A stretch of DNA of 56,398 bases, counting the filler, from Porpidia crustulata (Eukaryota), in the NCBI GenBank assembly GCA_964255105.1. It is 3 parts of 3 records of this genome, joined end to end, with 100 filler letters (N's around TTAATTAATTAA, not from the genome) between each part and the next. Parts side by side here need not be neighbours in the genome. Positions count along the whole stretch, not along the records: positions 1 to 18,795 come from CAXUWE010000168.1; 2 more parts are not named here. One strand, written 5' to 3'. Below are positions 1 through 10,870 of this stretch, in pieces. The notes beneath the pieces were generated by a model. The model was not told the DNA's origin and made no database searches. It worked only from the letters and a program-made list of their open reading frames with translations. Made by a program: the position numbers and the translations under genes. Numbering within the stretch: the first letter of the stretch is position 1; the number at the start of each line of letters is the position of its first letter.

Positions 1-1239
1 GATGAATTCGCATCCGACGACGGCGGCGCGGTCCGCAACAGCGAAAACGTCGATTTCTTCAGCGAGACCGGACCCGCGGTGCCGGTCATGCTGTCGTGCT
101 GCTCCAACAACCTGATCTGCGCCAGGTGCATACGGAAATGGTCGGATCCGTTCGGCACGGCCCAGAGCCCGCAGGACACGTGCGCGTTTTGCAGGAAAGA
201 ACTTTTCGAGACGCGGGAACCGATGTACACGGCTGAGGGCGAGGCGCAGCGTAGGCGGATGCTGGAGTGGGCGGTGCAGGAGACTGGGCGTCGCGTCTGG
301 GATGGGCCGCGGGAGTGGAGGGAGGATGCGGAGAGGAGGCTTGCGGATTGGGAACGGGCTTTGCGGACCACGGGCGAGCAACCGAGGGTCCGTGAGAGTC
401 ACTACGAAGACGATCGGCAAGCCGCGATTGACGAAGACGCTAGGCTGGTAGCCGAAGCGGCTGCGTATTTTGGCGATGGCCCGGGAGAGTGGAGCGACGA
501 TGATTTCCCGGGAGAATGGATCGAAGACGATGGACGAGCGATCCCAACCACATTCCGTTACCGCCACCACGAGGAACGGGGCTTACCGGCGACCGACAGT
601 CTTGAAGATCGGGCACGGGACGTGAATAGTACCGGCACTAACGATGAGTTCGACGATATGTGGGATTCGCTGCGGGCGGTGAACCGGGAGATGAATATGA
701 TCGCGCAGAGGTACGCCGACGAATTTGGTGTCCAGATCGAGCCTCCTGACGCCGATACGCCGGACGTTGGGGAAATTCAGGGTGGCGGCATGCTTGTCCC
801 GTTTGCTCGCCACGTGGCGGTGAGGATGAGGAGGCTAGGGGAATTGGGAGTCCTTTCCGTGGAAGAACTGGCGGACTTAGCGGTGCCGTTGAACATCTCG
901 CGGCCGTCTCCGTCGTATAGGTCTCGTCAGCCATCGTTGCATGATTGGTCCCCTTTGCCGTCTCCGCCTCGTCGGTCTCGTCGGTCATCATCGTTTCATT
1001 GGTCGCCTCTGTCATCGCCACCCCACCAGTCTCACCAGTCTCACCATTCCCATCATTCTCATCGACCTCATCAGACATCATTGCATCATTTGTCCTCTCC
1101 ACCATCTCCGCCCTACCGGTCTCATTACTCTCATTATTTTCAATATTCCCATCATTCTTACCGATCGTCGTCCCATCGCTCACCTCCGTCATCTCCACAT
1201 GATTCATCGCGTCGGGCGTTTACCCGTCATCGAAATTGA
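1..1239 (+). CDS. Variant RING-finger protein, 5'-truncated by the window edge, with a Ser/His/Pro/Arg-rich tail
   Basis: Frame is open from base 1 (DEFASDD...GPAVPVMLSCCSNNLICARC...TCAFCRKELFE). It holds the C-terminal RING ligands; the first CxxC presumably lies upstream. Aligns by eye with the 2313 gene. Confidence 0.7.
   Translation, partial: DEFASDDGGAVRNSENVDFFSETGPAVPVMLSCCSNNLICARCIRKWSDPFGTAQSPQDTCAFCRKELFETREPMYTAEGEAQRRRMLEWAVQETGRRVWDGPREWREDAERRLADWERALRTTGEQPRVRESHYEDDRQAAIDEDARLVAEAAAYFGDGPGEWSDDDFPGEWIEDDGRAIPTTFRYRHHEERGLPATDSLEDRARDVNSTGTNDEFDDMWDSLRAVNREMNMIAQRYADEFGVQIEPPDADTPDVGEIQGGGMLVPFARHVAVRMRRLGELGVLSVEELADLAVPLNISRPSPSYRSRQPSLHDWSPLPSPPRRSRRSSSFHWSPLSSPPHQSHQSHHSHHSHRPHQTSLHHLSSPPSPPYRSHYSHYFQYSHHSYRSSSHRSPPSSPHDSSRRAFTRHRN
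901..1230 (+). repeat. Degenerate coding tandem repeats (PSPP/RS/HxWSPL units, ~9-nt subunits)
   Basis: Recurring units SLHDWSPLPSPP, SFHWSPLSSPP, SLHHLSSPPSPP and ccagtctca-type 9-mers. Confidence 0.7.
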
Positions 1240-2312
1240 CCAACCTCTCCTAAATGTCTAGGACCAGCAGATATGAAACTCCAAAATACCATAAAATCTG
1301 CTATGTTTTTGAATTTGCCAGCTTTCCACCTATTCTCATAGTCTGTCTATAAGACTCATTGATTATCATTAATTAGAGACCTTTTGTGTCATTCTCGCAA
1401 GCCTCTACAAAAAAAATCCCGAAGTATTCAATGAATCTTTTCCTTATTGTTCCTTGCTTTTGCTGTGCGCTGATAATGGTAATTTGGATTAAGATGTCCG
1501 ACATCACTAATGAGCGCAGAGAAAAGCCGGTAATCATGACCGTCTGTCATTCGGGATGTTTACAAAGCTTCTCGTACTCTTGAAGATATATATCTAAAAT
1601 TTGATTCTCACCGCGAGAATCATATGACGCTTGAATTGGATGAGGAATTGCCCATCGCCATATTGCTATGCTATATCACAATCGATGTCAAACGAGAAGA
1701 CACCTTGACTTGGCATGAACTTGGGACGTAAGATACTTATTGGTGGTCTCGAAAAGACGTAGTGACTAGCGATATTACCATCGTGACAGTTATCATAGAC
1801 AGTCAAGGCAAATGTCCGGGGTTGATTCATCATAAAATTGTTGAAGCGGCTGAACCATACGACTCACGGAGAATGTAGTGAACGACGGTGAATTTCATGA
1901 CAAGATCTATCACCTATGACATATCAGCTTGATATCATTGGGCGGTTTATACAATGTCCTCTGATGGATATGTAGAGTGGTATATTTTGTCCTCGGGCTC
2001 ATTTTCATTGTCTTGGCTACCGCCTTGACAGGCCCTCTTTAACGCTCAACACCCTTTTACTCTGTCGATGTTCTGATTGTTTTTTGCTCCAGCGCATCCA
2101 TAAATGTTCCCTTGTGCTGCTCTCCTTTTTCGGTATCTAGCTCTGTACTTCAACCGGTTTGCCACTTGAAATTGCTCAAGGCAGAGATTCAAATAATTCA
2201 AGGTCCAGTCTACTCGCCATCAAGAAGCACTGAACGTCTTCGAAGAAACGCAAAGCGGGCGGTACAACCATTGCTTCTACCTTGAGAGTCGAGAGCCGCT
2301 GCAGAAACGAAG

Positions 2313-3554
2313 ATGTCCGATGAAAGAGCCATCCCTCCCTCAAGGGCCAACAACTCGGAACCATATCTGATCGCTGGTATGGCAATGGCGACGCCAAATC
2401 CAGACCCAGCCGCAATACCAATCCCTGATTCAATTGCCTTTCTATATAATATACCCCGCCTTTCGATTCAAGATTTGGACCCAGAAGATAAGCGATGCCC
2501 AATATGCTTGGAAGACTTCACCAATGACGGTCGCTGCGAAGTTGACGCCCTCCGGAGTGGCCCAGAAGTCCCAGTCCTCACCCCGTGCGGCCATATCATA
2601 GGCTCAAGATGTCTGTATATCCAATTAAGTCCCTTCAAACGCAACCAAGGAAATCAATGCTGCCTTTGCAGACACGAATTTTTCGAAAGACAGAGACAGT
2701 CTCAAACTCCAGTTGGCATGGATCGGGCCATAAAGGTGATGTCCTTGGCGGTGCAGGAATGTAGAAGACAACTGACGGAGGGCCCAGAGCGCAGGAAGTA
2801 GCGTGCAAGAGATACCATAGCAGAAATGGAGTGGTCAATTGCAGAGCATGAAATGATCAAGGTGGAGATGTTGACAGGATACGAGGACACTGAAGTGCGA
2901 ATAGAGTACCTGGAAATGTCATACACAGCAATAGTGAGCAGCTTCACAGAGCAACTCGCAAGGTTTCGGATCGAACTTGCGAGACTTGAGGGTCCAGAAT
3001 CAGCAGAACCTGAAGTGGAAGAGTCAGAACCAGCGGAGCCATTGGGTAGGCAAAATTATGGAGGACTACAAAGGTCCGGAGATTCCGAGATTGCAAGAGT
3101 ATCGAGAATAGAGCTGGCAAGAGCTCGCACGAATACCAACAGACGTAGAGAGCAGCCGATTAGTCTTGAGCCTTACCTCGCAGAACTTGAGGAGGCAGTT
3201 GGTCCAACAGGGGAAATAGAGATGCTCACGCGGCGAATTGCTAGATTCCATGCTGATATAGCGAGCGCGAGAAGCCAGGCACAAGGATAGCGACGTGCTA
3301 GACAACGCGATCACCTACTAAGCTCGAGGACCCGAGTACAAGTACGAAGAAGAATTGCAACACCGACCGAGGCTACCGAAGAAACAAATACGATCCCGAA
3401 TGGAGATGTCGGACTAGAAGCTGGGTTTTCCACCATGATCGAGGACTGGGAACGGATAATTGAGGAGCTTCGTGAAACTCTCGGTACACATCGTGCCAAT
3501 CTAGCAAGTCGAGTCTACACGGCGACCGAAGAGCTGACATTCATGACGGATTAA
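2313..3554 (+). pseudogene. RING-finger gene (CxHxxGxxC variant) interrupted by two in-frame TAG codons; pseudogene or recoded gene
   Basis: CPIC...CGHIIGSRC...CCLC. ORFs 2313-2801 and 2826-3290 and the segment 3291-3554 share one frame. TAG at 2799-2801 and 3288-3290; final TAA at 3552-3554. Confidence 0.65.
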
Positions 3555-4396
3555 ATCTCGGGTTTATGGCAGTTTCGAGAAGAGGAGCGAGGAAGATAGA
3601 TCCCAGCCCTCCCTCACATAATATCGCTGGCATCACACCTCGCAATCTGGCCGATAAAAACCTAGATAGGACTGAGGTAGTATTAGGGTTTGAGGATAGC
3701 ACAAAATGATGAGTAGTGTCGTAGTCAATTGAATAGGAATTCCCATGGAACACGCCTCAAATTATCTCAACGAGCTTTTACGAATAGGAAGCGCTTGATG
3801 GTTTTTCTCGATAAAGCATTACAGACTGGGTTCCGTAGGTGGCATTCGTTGTTTAGGGTATGGGTCAAGTATGGTGATTGATTCTTGACATTCTTACTGT
3901 AGATAATCCCACTGTATATTGCTTGATTTAAGACTCTGTAAACATTGATTTTATGATTTGATTGGCGAAGCTGCGACATCGCGGTTTTGTGGGTTGGGTA
4001 ACCTCTGCAAGGCGTTGGAGGAAGCCATCATTTGGTCAAGTAGCTTTCATATACGCAGCATAGTCTCCAGGTGGGCTGGATTTGTAAGCTATAGTGAGCC
4101 ATTACCACTATGATCTAAAACAGAGGTTCTCCAGAGCTGATTATACCTTCAACAGGTCCTAATTCGACCACTCTATCAGTGTCTGCACATACTGCTCTTC
4201 AAGTCCACTTATCGCCATCTCTATTAGGGTCCTTGACGATTTCCCCTCAGCTGCCCGGGCCGGATGGCTTATTTGCTGGATGCTACGGGAGAATTCATTA
4301 TCGCCTAAGGTACCATCTTCTATTTCTGATTTAGATAGCTTCCAGATCGCTTTTGGCTTGTGTGAAGAGTCGGTGTGTACTTCCGCATTGGTTTAT

Positions 4397-5082
4397 TCAC
4401 TCAGTGTCGTTTGATACATGATGTATCTTTCTTCTCTTTCCCCTCCTTGTATCAGCAGATTTCTGTGCTGCTGCCGACGTCTCAATTACCCTTCTTTGAT
4501 AACCAGAGAGGTCGATTGGCGCTTTCTCGCCATCCTCTCGTTTTGCTTCAACGAAGACCATGTCACCTGTTGCACCCAGCAAATGTTCAGCTGCCTCTTC
4601 AAGTAGTATTCCCAAGGCCAGCAATGCGGATCCATCCATGCTACTAAAGTCCACCTGGCCTGCGTCTGGAGTCGCCCTGCTGTAGAAGTCGGAAGCATAC
4701 GTATGGATAGCTTTGAGTAAATCCGAGTCAGGAAGCTTTTGCTTCTCGGTCAGGTGTCTATCTTCCCAATAGTAGTCATCTTCTTCAAACCGCTCTGGAG
4801 CCTTGCTGCGGCGAAAGAGGACCTCCTCGGGTGGGATTGGCAAAGTGCTGGAGGACGGGGTGTCTCTGTTTTTCGAGACGAGAGGTGCTTCGCGGATGAA
4901 GCCCATCGAAGAGACACGGCCTGCTAATATCAGAACAACCGATGGTAATTTGGTACGGCATGTAAGACTGTACCCGCGACAGCGTCATAAATAGAAGCCT
5001 GGCGTTTCTGCTTTGAAGTACTGGCGTCTGATTGGGGCTGGCTTGCTTGTGACGCTGCTCTTGAGGCGGTATCTCGGCCCAT
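4397..5082 (-). CDS. UAF subunit Rrn10-like protein (2 exons, intron 4973-4921)
   Basis: Spliced product MGRDT...RQASIYDAVAG|RVSSMGF...PEEVLF...LPDSDLLKAIHTYASDFY...SMDGSALLALGILLEE matches remembered Rrn10-family motifs; GT...CTGAT...CAG intron. Confidence 0.65.
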
Positions 5083-5319
5083 ATTCGCCGACCTTGGAAT
5101 ATGGGTGGATGTTTAGATAGTAGCCTCCCAGTTGTGGAACTCTACTTGAGTAAGAGTAACTGCCTGCCTTCGGTTCTTTCGAACTCGAAGTGTGCTCAAT
5201 GTGTGCGGAAGTGAGTTCCGCACAATATTGTTGGTGTCGCCCTCGACCTTTGCTTGGCACTCTTGGCATGCACGGCATGCTTGATTTCGCATCACACGTA
5301 TGATCTCACCCATCTATGC

Positions 5320-6755
5320 ATGAATTCTCAGTTTCTAGGTCGCGAATTGGGAAACATCAGTTATAAAGTGTTACAGCAAGATGAGACAAATCGCCTTCTG
5401 CTTGCCTTGGATGCAGCACCTCAAATCAAGTTCGACGGCCGAGATGCCGCAGTGGCTGCCCAAGAAGCTCGGGGCTTTGGGACTAGCGATAAGGAAGATG
5501 TATGGGCTCATAGAGCAGGGGTGAACAAAATCGTTATCGACCAGTTTGAAGGGCGATACCTGCTATCTGGAGGCGCTGATTCTAACATCAAGCTATGGGA
5601 TCTCGAGAGTGTGGAGAATACGCTCAATCGGTTCACTTATCGGCCTGAAAGAGTGGGGCAAAAGTACTTCCCTTAAATGTGATATGTAAGGCGAAGCTGA
5701 ACGCTACCAGGACTTCTTCATCCCATCAATTCGGTGTCACTCATCTATCTTTTTACCCGTTCGATTCTCTTGCCTTCCTCTCCTCATCTTACGACCACAC
5801 CCTTAAAGTACATGCTACCGAGACCCTGACCCCCTCGGCTTCTTTTGACCTTGGTTCTATCATTTACTCCCACGGCATTTCCCCGATCGCGGACCACCTT
5901 CTAGTCGCCTGCGCGACCCAACACCCAGCTGTCCGCCTGGTCGATCTCCGATCCGGTGCGAGCACCCATTCACTTGCGGGCCACCAAGGTGCCGTACTCT
6001 CAGTTACATGGAGTCCACTGGAGGAGTATATCCTCGCGAGCGGTGGCTCGGACGGAACCGTGAGGCTTTGGGATATCCGCCGTAGCGCAAGTAGTATGGG
6101 AGTGATGGACCTGGAAGACTCGGTTGGGATAGGTGGAGAGGATGGACTAGGGAAGAGCGCTCGCCCACGGGAAAGAGGTAAAGCACATATCGGCGCATGT
6201 AATGGCGTGGTCTGGACCGAAGATGGCAAATTTCTCCTTAGCACTGGCCACGATGAACGAGTGCGTGTTTGGGACGTAGGTCTCGGTGCGAACGCACTTT
6301 CGCACTTTGGTCCAATCATCAAAAACACTCTCCTGTCGACTTTGCTGCCAATGCTCGCGCCGACCGATGTGGTGGCTGGGAAATCACCGGTCATGCTGTA
6401 TCCCAACGAAAGAGAGATACTAATGTTCGATTTATTTGAAGGGACCTTGCTTAAAAGGATTCGTATTCCCGGTATACCTGTTGCCCAAGCACATGGGAGT
6501 GCAGGACAGCGTAACGTCAAAAGCAGAGTGACCTCGCTAGCATGGCGAGCAGATAACATTCAGATGTATTCCTCACACTCCGATGGGGTGATCCGTGCTT
6601 GGCTCCCAAGGACTAACGACGATGTCAAGATTGATGAAGACGAAGATGCAAAGAAGGATGACCGGGATAGCAAAGACAGCAGCAGGAAACGAAAAAGAGA
6701 GGCTCTGGAGAACATATTCAACGATTTGACCAAGCAAAAGATCATCTTCTCTTAA
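5320..6755 (+). CDS. WD40 DNA-repair protein, CSA/ERCC8 (Rad28/Ckn1) family; intron 5664-5710
   Basis: EGRYLLSGGADSNIKLWDLE, FYPFDSLAFLSSSYDHTLKV, LVDLRSGASTHSLAGH and LASGGSDGTVRLWDIRR are characteristic of CSA. Confidence 0.85.
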
Positions 6756-6856
6756 GGACTGTCATATACCAGACCACCCAATACACGGGGAATGCAACCT
6801 GGACCTGTAAACTGTCTTGAGCGGATAATATCGGCGCGTCACAGCGGTCTTTTTCC

Positions 6857-7990
6857 CTAAGCTATTCTTTTGACTTCAAGAGAAGCCTTACTGCCTTTTC
6901 CCTCTTGCTCCACGAGACCGCCGCCTTCTATGCGAGTTTTCCACTTTTCCGCTTCATACCTTGCAAGAATGCAGGTCATCCGAAGAATGGGTTTTTTGTT
7001 CTCAACGACTGGAGCTTCTACCAATGATCCATTGACAGCAGATGGCGAAGCCGTCCCCATCGATGTAAATGTCCATCGGCCAAAAGCCCAGTTGAGGATA
7101 TAATCAGCAGTGACTTGGCCTTGGTAAATCACAGCTGCATCTGCATGACCGTCTGATGATGCCGGAGGCCGCATTGACGATATTATTGCTTTTATCCTGT
7201 AAATCTCATCCTTTGGCGCTGAGAGCAGGAAAGTTTCCAAAGCTTCTAGATTTACACCTTGTGGCGTGGCCGTTGTTGACCACAGAGTGACGGAGAGCAC
7301 CTCGACTTCGCTGTGATGATCCGAATTATGATCGTGAGCACGCTCTTTCTCAATGTATTCATTAGAACCTTGAGCCATAATCCTTGCTAACGCACTATCC
7401 AACCCAAGCAAGACCGATTTGTCTACACGGCCTTTCTCGGATTTCACATTGGCAATTTGTAAATCCAAGTCTCCCACTCGATCCAGGCAATCTTCGTACT
7501 TTCTCTCACTAACATTCTCCCATTTGTTGAAGATAATGAGATCTGTATATCGAGCCTGTAATTTGGCCGTGTAACTAGTATCCTCATAACCCTTCCAATT
7601 CTCCACGTCAATCACTACCACAACACCATCGAGAACACAATGACCTGATTCTCTTCCCAGTCGATTCACCTCCATTGCCAACGTCGCAGGGAAAGCGCTT
7701 CCACTAGTTTCAATGATGATGCGATTGGGGGCAACATCTTTGCGAAGCGTTTCCAATGCATCACCAAGCTGGCCGACGAGGTTGCAACAGATGCATCCGT
7801 TGAGGAGCTCCTGAACGCCGGAAATCGCGGAGGATGATGCCAATTGGGAATCGATCGCTACGTCGCCAAACTCGTTCTTTAGTAGCGCGAGTTTGTAGTC
7901 TTGAGGTAATTGTGGGATCAGGTTGAGGAGGATGGTTGTTTTCCCTGATCCAAGGAATCCGGTAAAAATTGTGATCGGTATTGGTGGCAT
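6857..7990 (-). CDS. CobW/COG0523 P-loop GTPase, putative zinc metallochaperone
   Basis: TGFLGSGKTT (G1), KNEFG, NGCICC (CxCC), IIIETSG, NKxE and a short His stretch HDHNSDHH. Confidence 0.9.
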   Translation of the reverse strand: MPPIPITIFTGFLGSGKTTILLNLIPQLPQDYKLALLKNEFGDVAIDSQLASSSAISGVQELLNGCICCNLVGQLGDALETLRKDVAPNRIIIETSGSAFPATLAMEVNRLGRESGHCVLDGVVVVIDVENWKGYEDTSYTAKLQARYTDLIIFNKWENVSERKYEDCLDRVGDLDLQIANVKSEKGRVDKSVLLGLDSALARIMAQGSNEYIEKERAHDHNSDHHSEVEVLSVTLWSTTATPQGVNLEALETFLLSAPKDEIYRIKAIISSMRPPASSDGHADAAVIYQGQVTADYILNWAFGRWTFTSMGTASPSAVNGSLVEAPVVENKKPILRMTCILARYEAEKWKTRIEGGGLVEQEGKGSKASLEVKRIA

Positions 7991-8531
7991 GCTGATGGTT
8001 GGATGCAAACCTCCGAAGATTGAATAATACGAAGTATAGTAGCGTTCTATCTACGCCATACAATGAGGGCGGTCATGCTCTTTCAAGACCCTGCAAGCAA
8101 ATGCAAATGCCATCCGCGTATCCCTGCTTCTGCGGTTTAACAAGTAAAGGTATTCCAAAAGGTAATGCAGAGAATGGCAAATATACGAATATAGTAGCCC
8201 TAGCTCTCATAGAGTATCCTCAGAGTAAGGTATTTACCTCAGGAATACTCTGTGTCTTGGGATTTGCGTATGAGCATACCTGTCTAGAGTACTACGAGTT
8301 TCTGGCGTGAATGCTCGTTTTCACATCATACGTCATTGTACATGTGAAGGTACGATACCAATCTAAGCGGGGCGCGGTGCTGTACACAATCCTAATCTAT
8401 CTAAACCCAATTCCCGTCTTACGAAGACAGTAAAACACAAATTCAATAGATCAATTGGTTGTTACTTTTCACGACACAAACAAGCGGTCAATCAGAGAGA
8501 GCTCTTCACTCAATACCGAACCCGTACAACA

Positions 8532-9007
8532 ATGGACTTTCTCAAGAAGGCAGTCAGCGGCGGTGAGAAACCGACCGAACCAAATAACCAGGAGCCTCAA
8601 GGTAGCGGACAAGGCAGCGGACAAGAAGGTGGTTTCCTGGGCGGAATTGGTGATAAGCTCAATTCAGCTGCTGGTGGAGGCAAGGAGAGCGAGAAGAATG
8701 AGGATTACCTTGACAAAGGTACTTGATCTCCCCATAGTACAAGGGATCCTGAACCATACTAACGTTGTCATTGCTCTCTAGGCGTAGATATGGTCCAGCA
8801 ATATGGTACGCATTGCAGGATCTGAAAACCCACCTTCTGGACAATCATCCGATCGACTAATTTTTTTACAAAGGTCTGGGCCAGGGCGACCAGAGCAACG
8901 AGTCTGCAATCGAGCAAGCAAAGGATGAGCAGATCTCCGACTTCATTCGCGGGCAGTACAAGAGTCAGACCGGGAGCGATTTTCCCATCAAGGATAAGGA
9001 AAGGTAA
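8532..9007 (+). CDS. Small conserved hydrophilic fungal protein (often annotated DDR48-like), 3 exons
   Basis: Spliced: ...KLNSAAGGGKESEKNEDYLDKG|VDMVQQY|GLGQGDQSNESAIEQAKDEQISDFIRGQYK...FPIKDKER; GT-AG introns with CTAAC/CTAAT. Confidence 0.65.
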
Positions 9008-9211
9008 GCCAAAGTTGAGGGACTGTCCATTCAAGAGATCGTCAGAATGGAGGTAGAGGATATTTCGGTTGCCTTGCAGCAAGGGTGCTTTTCGGTGGAG
9101 GTACGAGGGCTGGTACAAAGCTCGATTGCATAGCTAGATAGGAGTAGCAACCCGCCGAGCTTAGAGAAATTCAAAGGTCATGAGTTCTCGTTCTTTTCTT
9201 TTCCGGCTGTG

Positions 9212-10326
9212 CTACAGGAGTGCCCTGAAGCTTGCCGATCTAGGACTTTCGAGGCCTAGATAATGTGCTACTTGAGTGATACAACCAAAGCCAAAGAAAT
9301 GGTCTTTCTCTCCCTTGGCATTGGTAGCAACAAACCAAGGAAGGCCAAAGCTACCATCGGCGAGAGCCTCGTCAGTATTACCCAATAGAAGCTTTTTAAC
9401 CTCATCAGTTTTACTCTGAAAGCTGTATTAGCTCTCGAGCAATTTCATTCCTTGCCCAAATCTCCTCTGACTTGCCTTTGCCAATATGGTGTTTGCAACT
9501 TCTTCCCCAAAGACCGTTTTTAAGATAGGAAGCTGGGTTTCCGGTGTATGAATCTCCTGACACTGCGCAAATGACTTATGAAACAGGATGTCGATGGTTT
9601 CTGCCAGTCTATCGGGATGTAAAAGCGTTATAGCACACAATGCCCTCTGTGTCTGGTGATTGTCAAATAGGATAGTAAATAGCTGCGTGCACTGCTCACC
9701 GATAGACTGAACGCAGGAAAGCCTTGTGGCATTTCTTGCGCCATTGGTATATTGAATAGGCGCGCGAAACGAAGACGTTCGTGCAGGAAGTATTCTCCCT
9801 TGTCTAGTTTGACCCTTATGTGAGTGAACCAAGGCTATGAACGGATTTTTACCAACGTACTACGTACTCTTGATCTTGATAGGAGGGGTATTTCCACAAG
9901 CCGCTATTATGCCTCCAAGGAAGACAGGAACGATACTAACTTCACATTGCTTGAACACGGGTGATGTCTGCAGCCGGCCATTAAATTAGTCTTCCCTCAG
10001 GATGTACATTGATCGGCAAAAGATATTTGATAATATGTATATCTACAATCGGCCGCACGGAACGTTTAAAGTATTAGAAGGGTGGTGTGATATACACATT
10101 TAACACTTCTGTCCACTGAAACAATGACGTTAAGAACTACTCATGATGGATTGAACAGGAAGTTGAAGGAAGCAATATCACACAAATGTAGCAGGATAGA
10201 ACATCTTCCAATTGGAAAACCATGAACATGAATTAACAATCCGTTGCTTACCCTGATGACGTTAAATGCTAGGTATGCGAAGGGGCTGACTGTATCGACG
10301 TACAGAGTGAGTTTCGGTTTGGCCAT
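9212..10326 (-). CDS. Glutathione S-transferase kappa / DsbA-like (HCCA isomerase family), 5 exons
   Basis: YVDTVSPFAY, VPVFLGGII..GNTPP, GSFGLPWFVATN, ending FRALL*. Reconstructed with four introns, including GC-AG intron 9475-9416. Confidence 0.85.
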
Positions 10327-10870
10327 GATTGTGAAATTCTAGATGCCAGCTATGGAAAAGTCGAAAGAGGAGTCTCTACATGGTGAGAGAAGAATGAGCG
10401 CTGGTAGATATGATGGACTGCGGGAGGATGCCGAGGTCTCCGGAACTTCAAAGCTGAGGACTGGTTCGGAGATTTTTTTATCTCTAGATATCTAGATATG
10501 GCCCTAACTACCACGTCCTACAGACGATAGTTTCAATGATAGTCAGCACTAACCATCGTCGTGTTGCTATCTGGCCTCCTGGCTTTTCGGGTGGGGGCTC
10601 GGTATTTGTCAGAAGATGGAAAAGGGGCCTGATTTTAGCGGCGGTCAGCATTCAGCAGCTAAGATGCTTTCGAACGTTTGGGCGGCTTACCTTGACGTAC
10701 TTTCAGCTTCACCACAGTTCATTGTGACTTATAATGGCCCTGCGCGTGTGTTAAACACGTTCTCTTTCTTGGCTCCTTGTTCATCCCGTTTTGTGTGACA
10801 TACATGGTCATTGCATTCGTTCGGTCTACCACCACGCTGAATTATTCGCTTCCGCTCTACCAACCATAAT

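Noticed and set aside
638..1261. Overlapping ORFs in several frames at the end of the first RING gene
   Set aside because: Explained by a stop-poor tandem repeat.
2798..2823. Tiny intron removing the first TAG in the RING gene
   Set aside because: GTAGCG is a poor donor, there is no branch site, and the span is far shorter than other introns here.
5864..6559. 231-aa antisense ORF and similar ones (20790-21278, 41366-41974, 52197-52832, 13895-14473)
   Set aside because: Shadows opposite well-conserved genes, with no motifs of their own.
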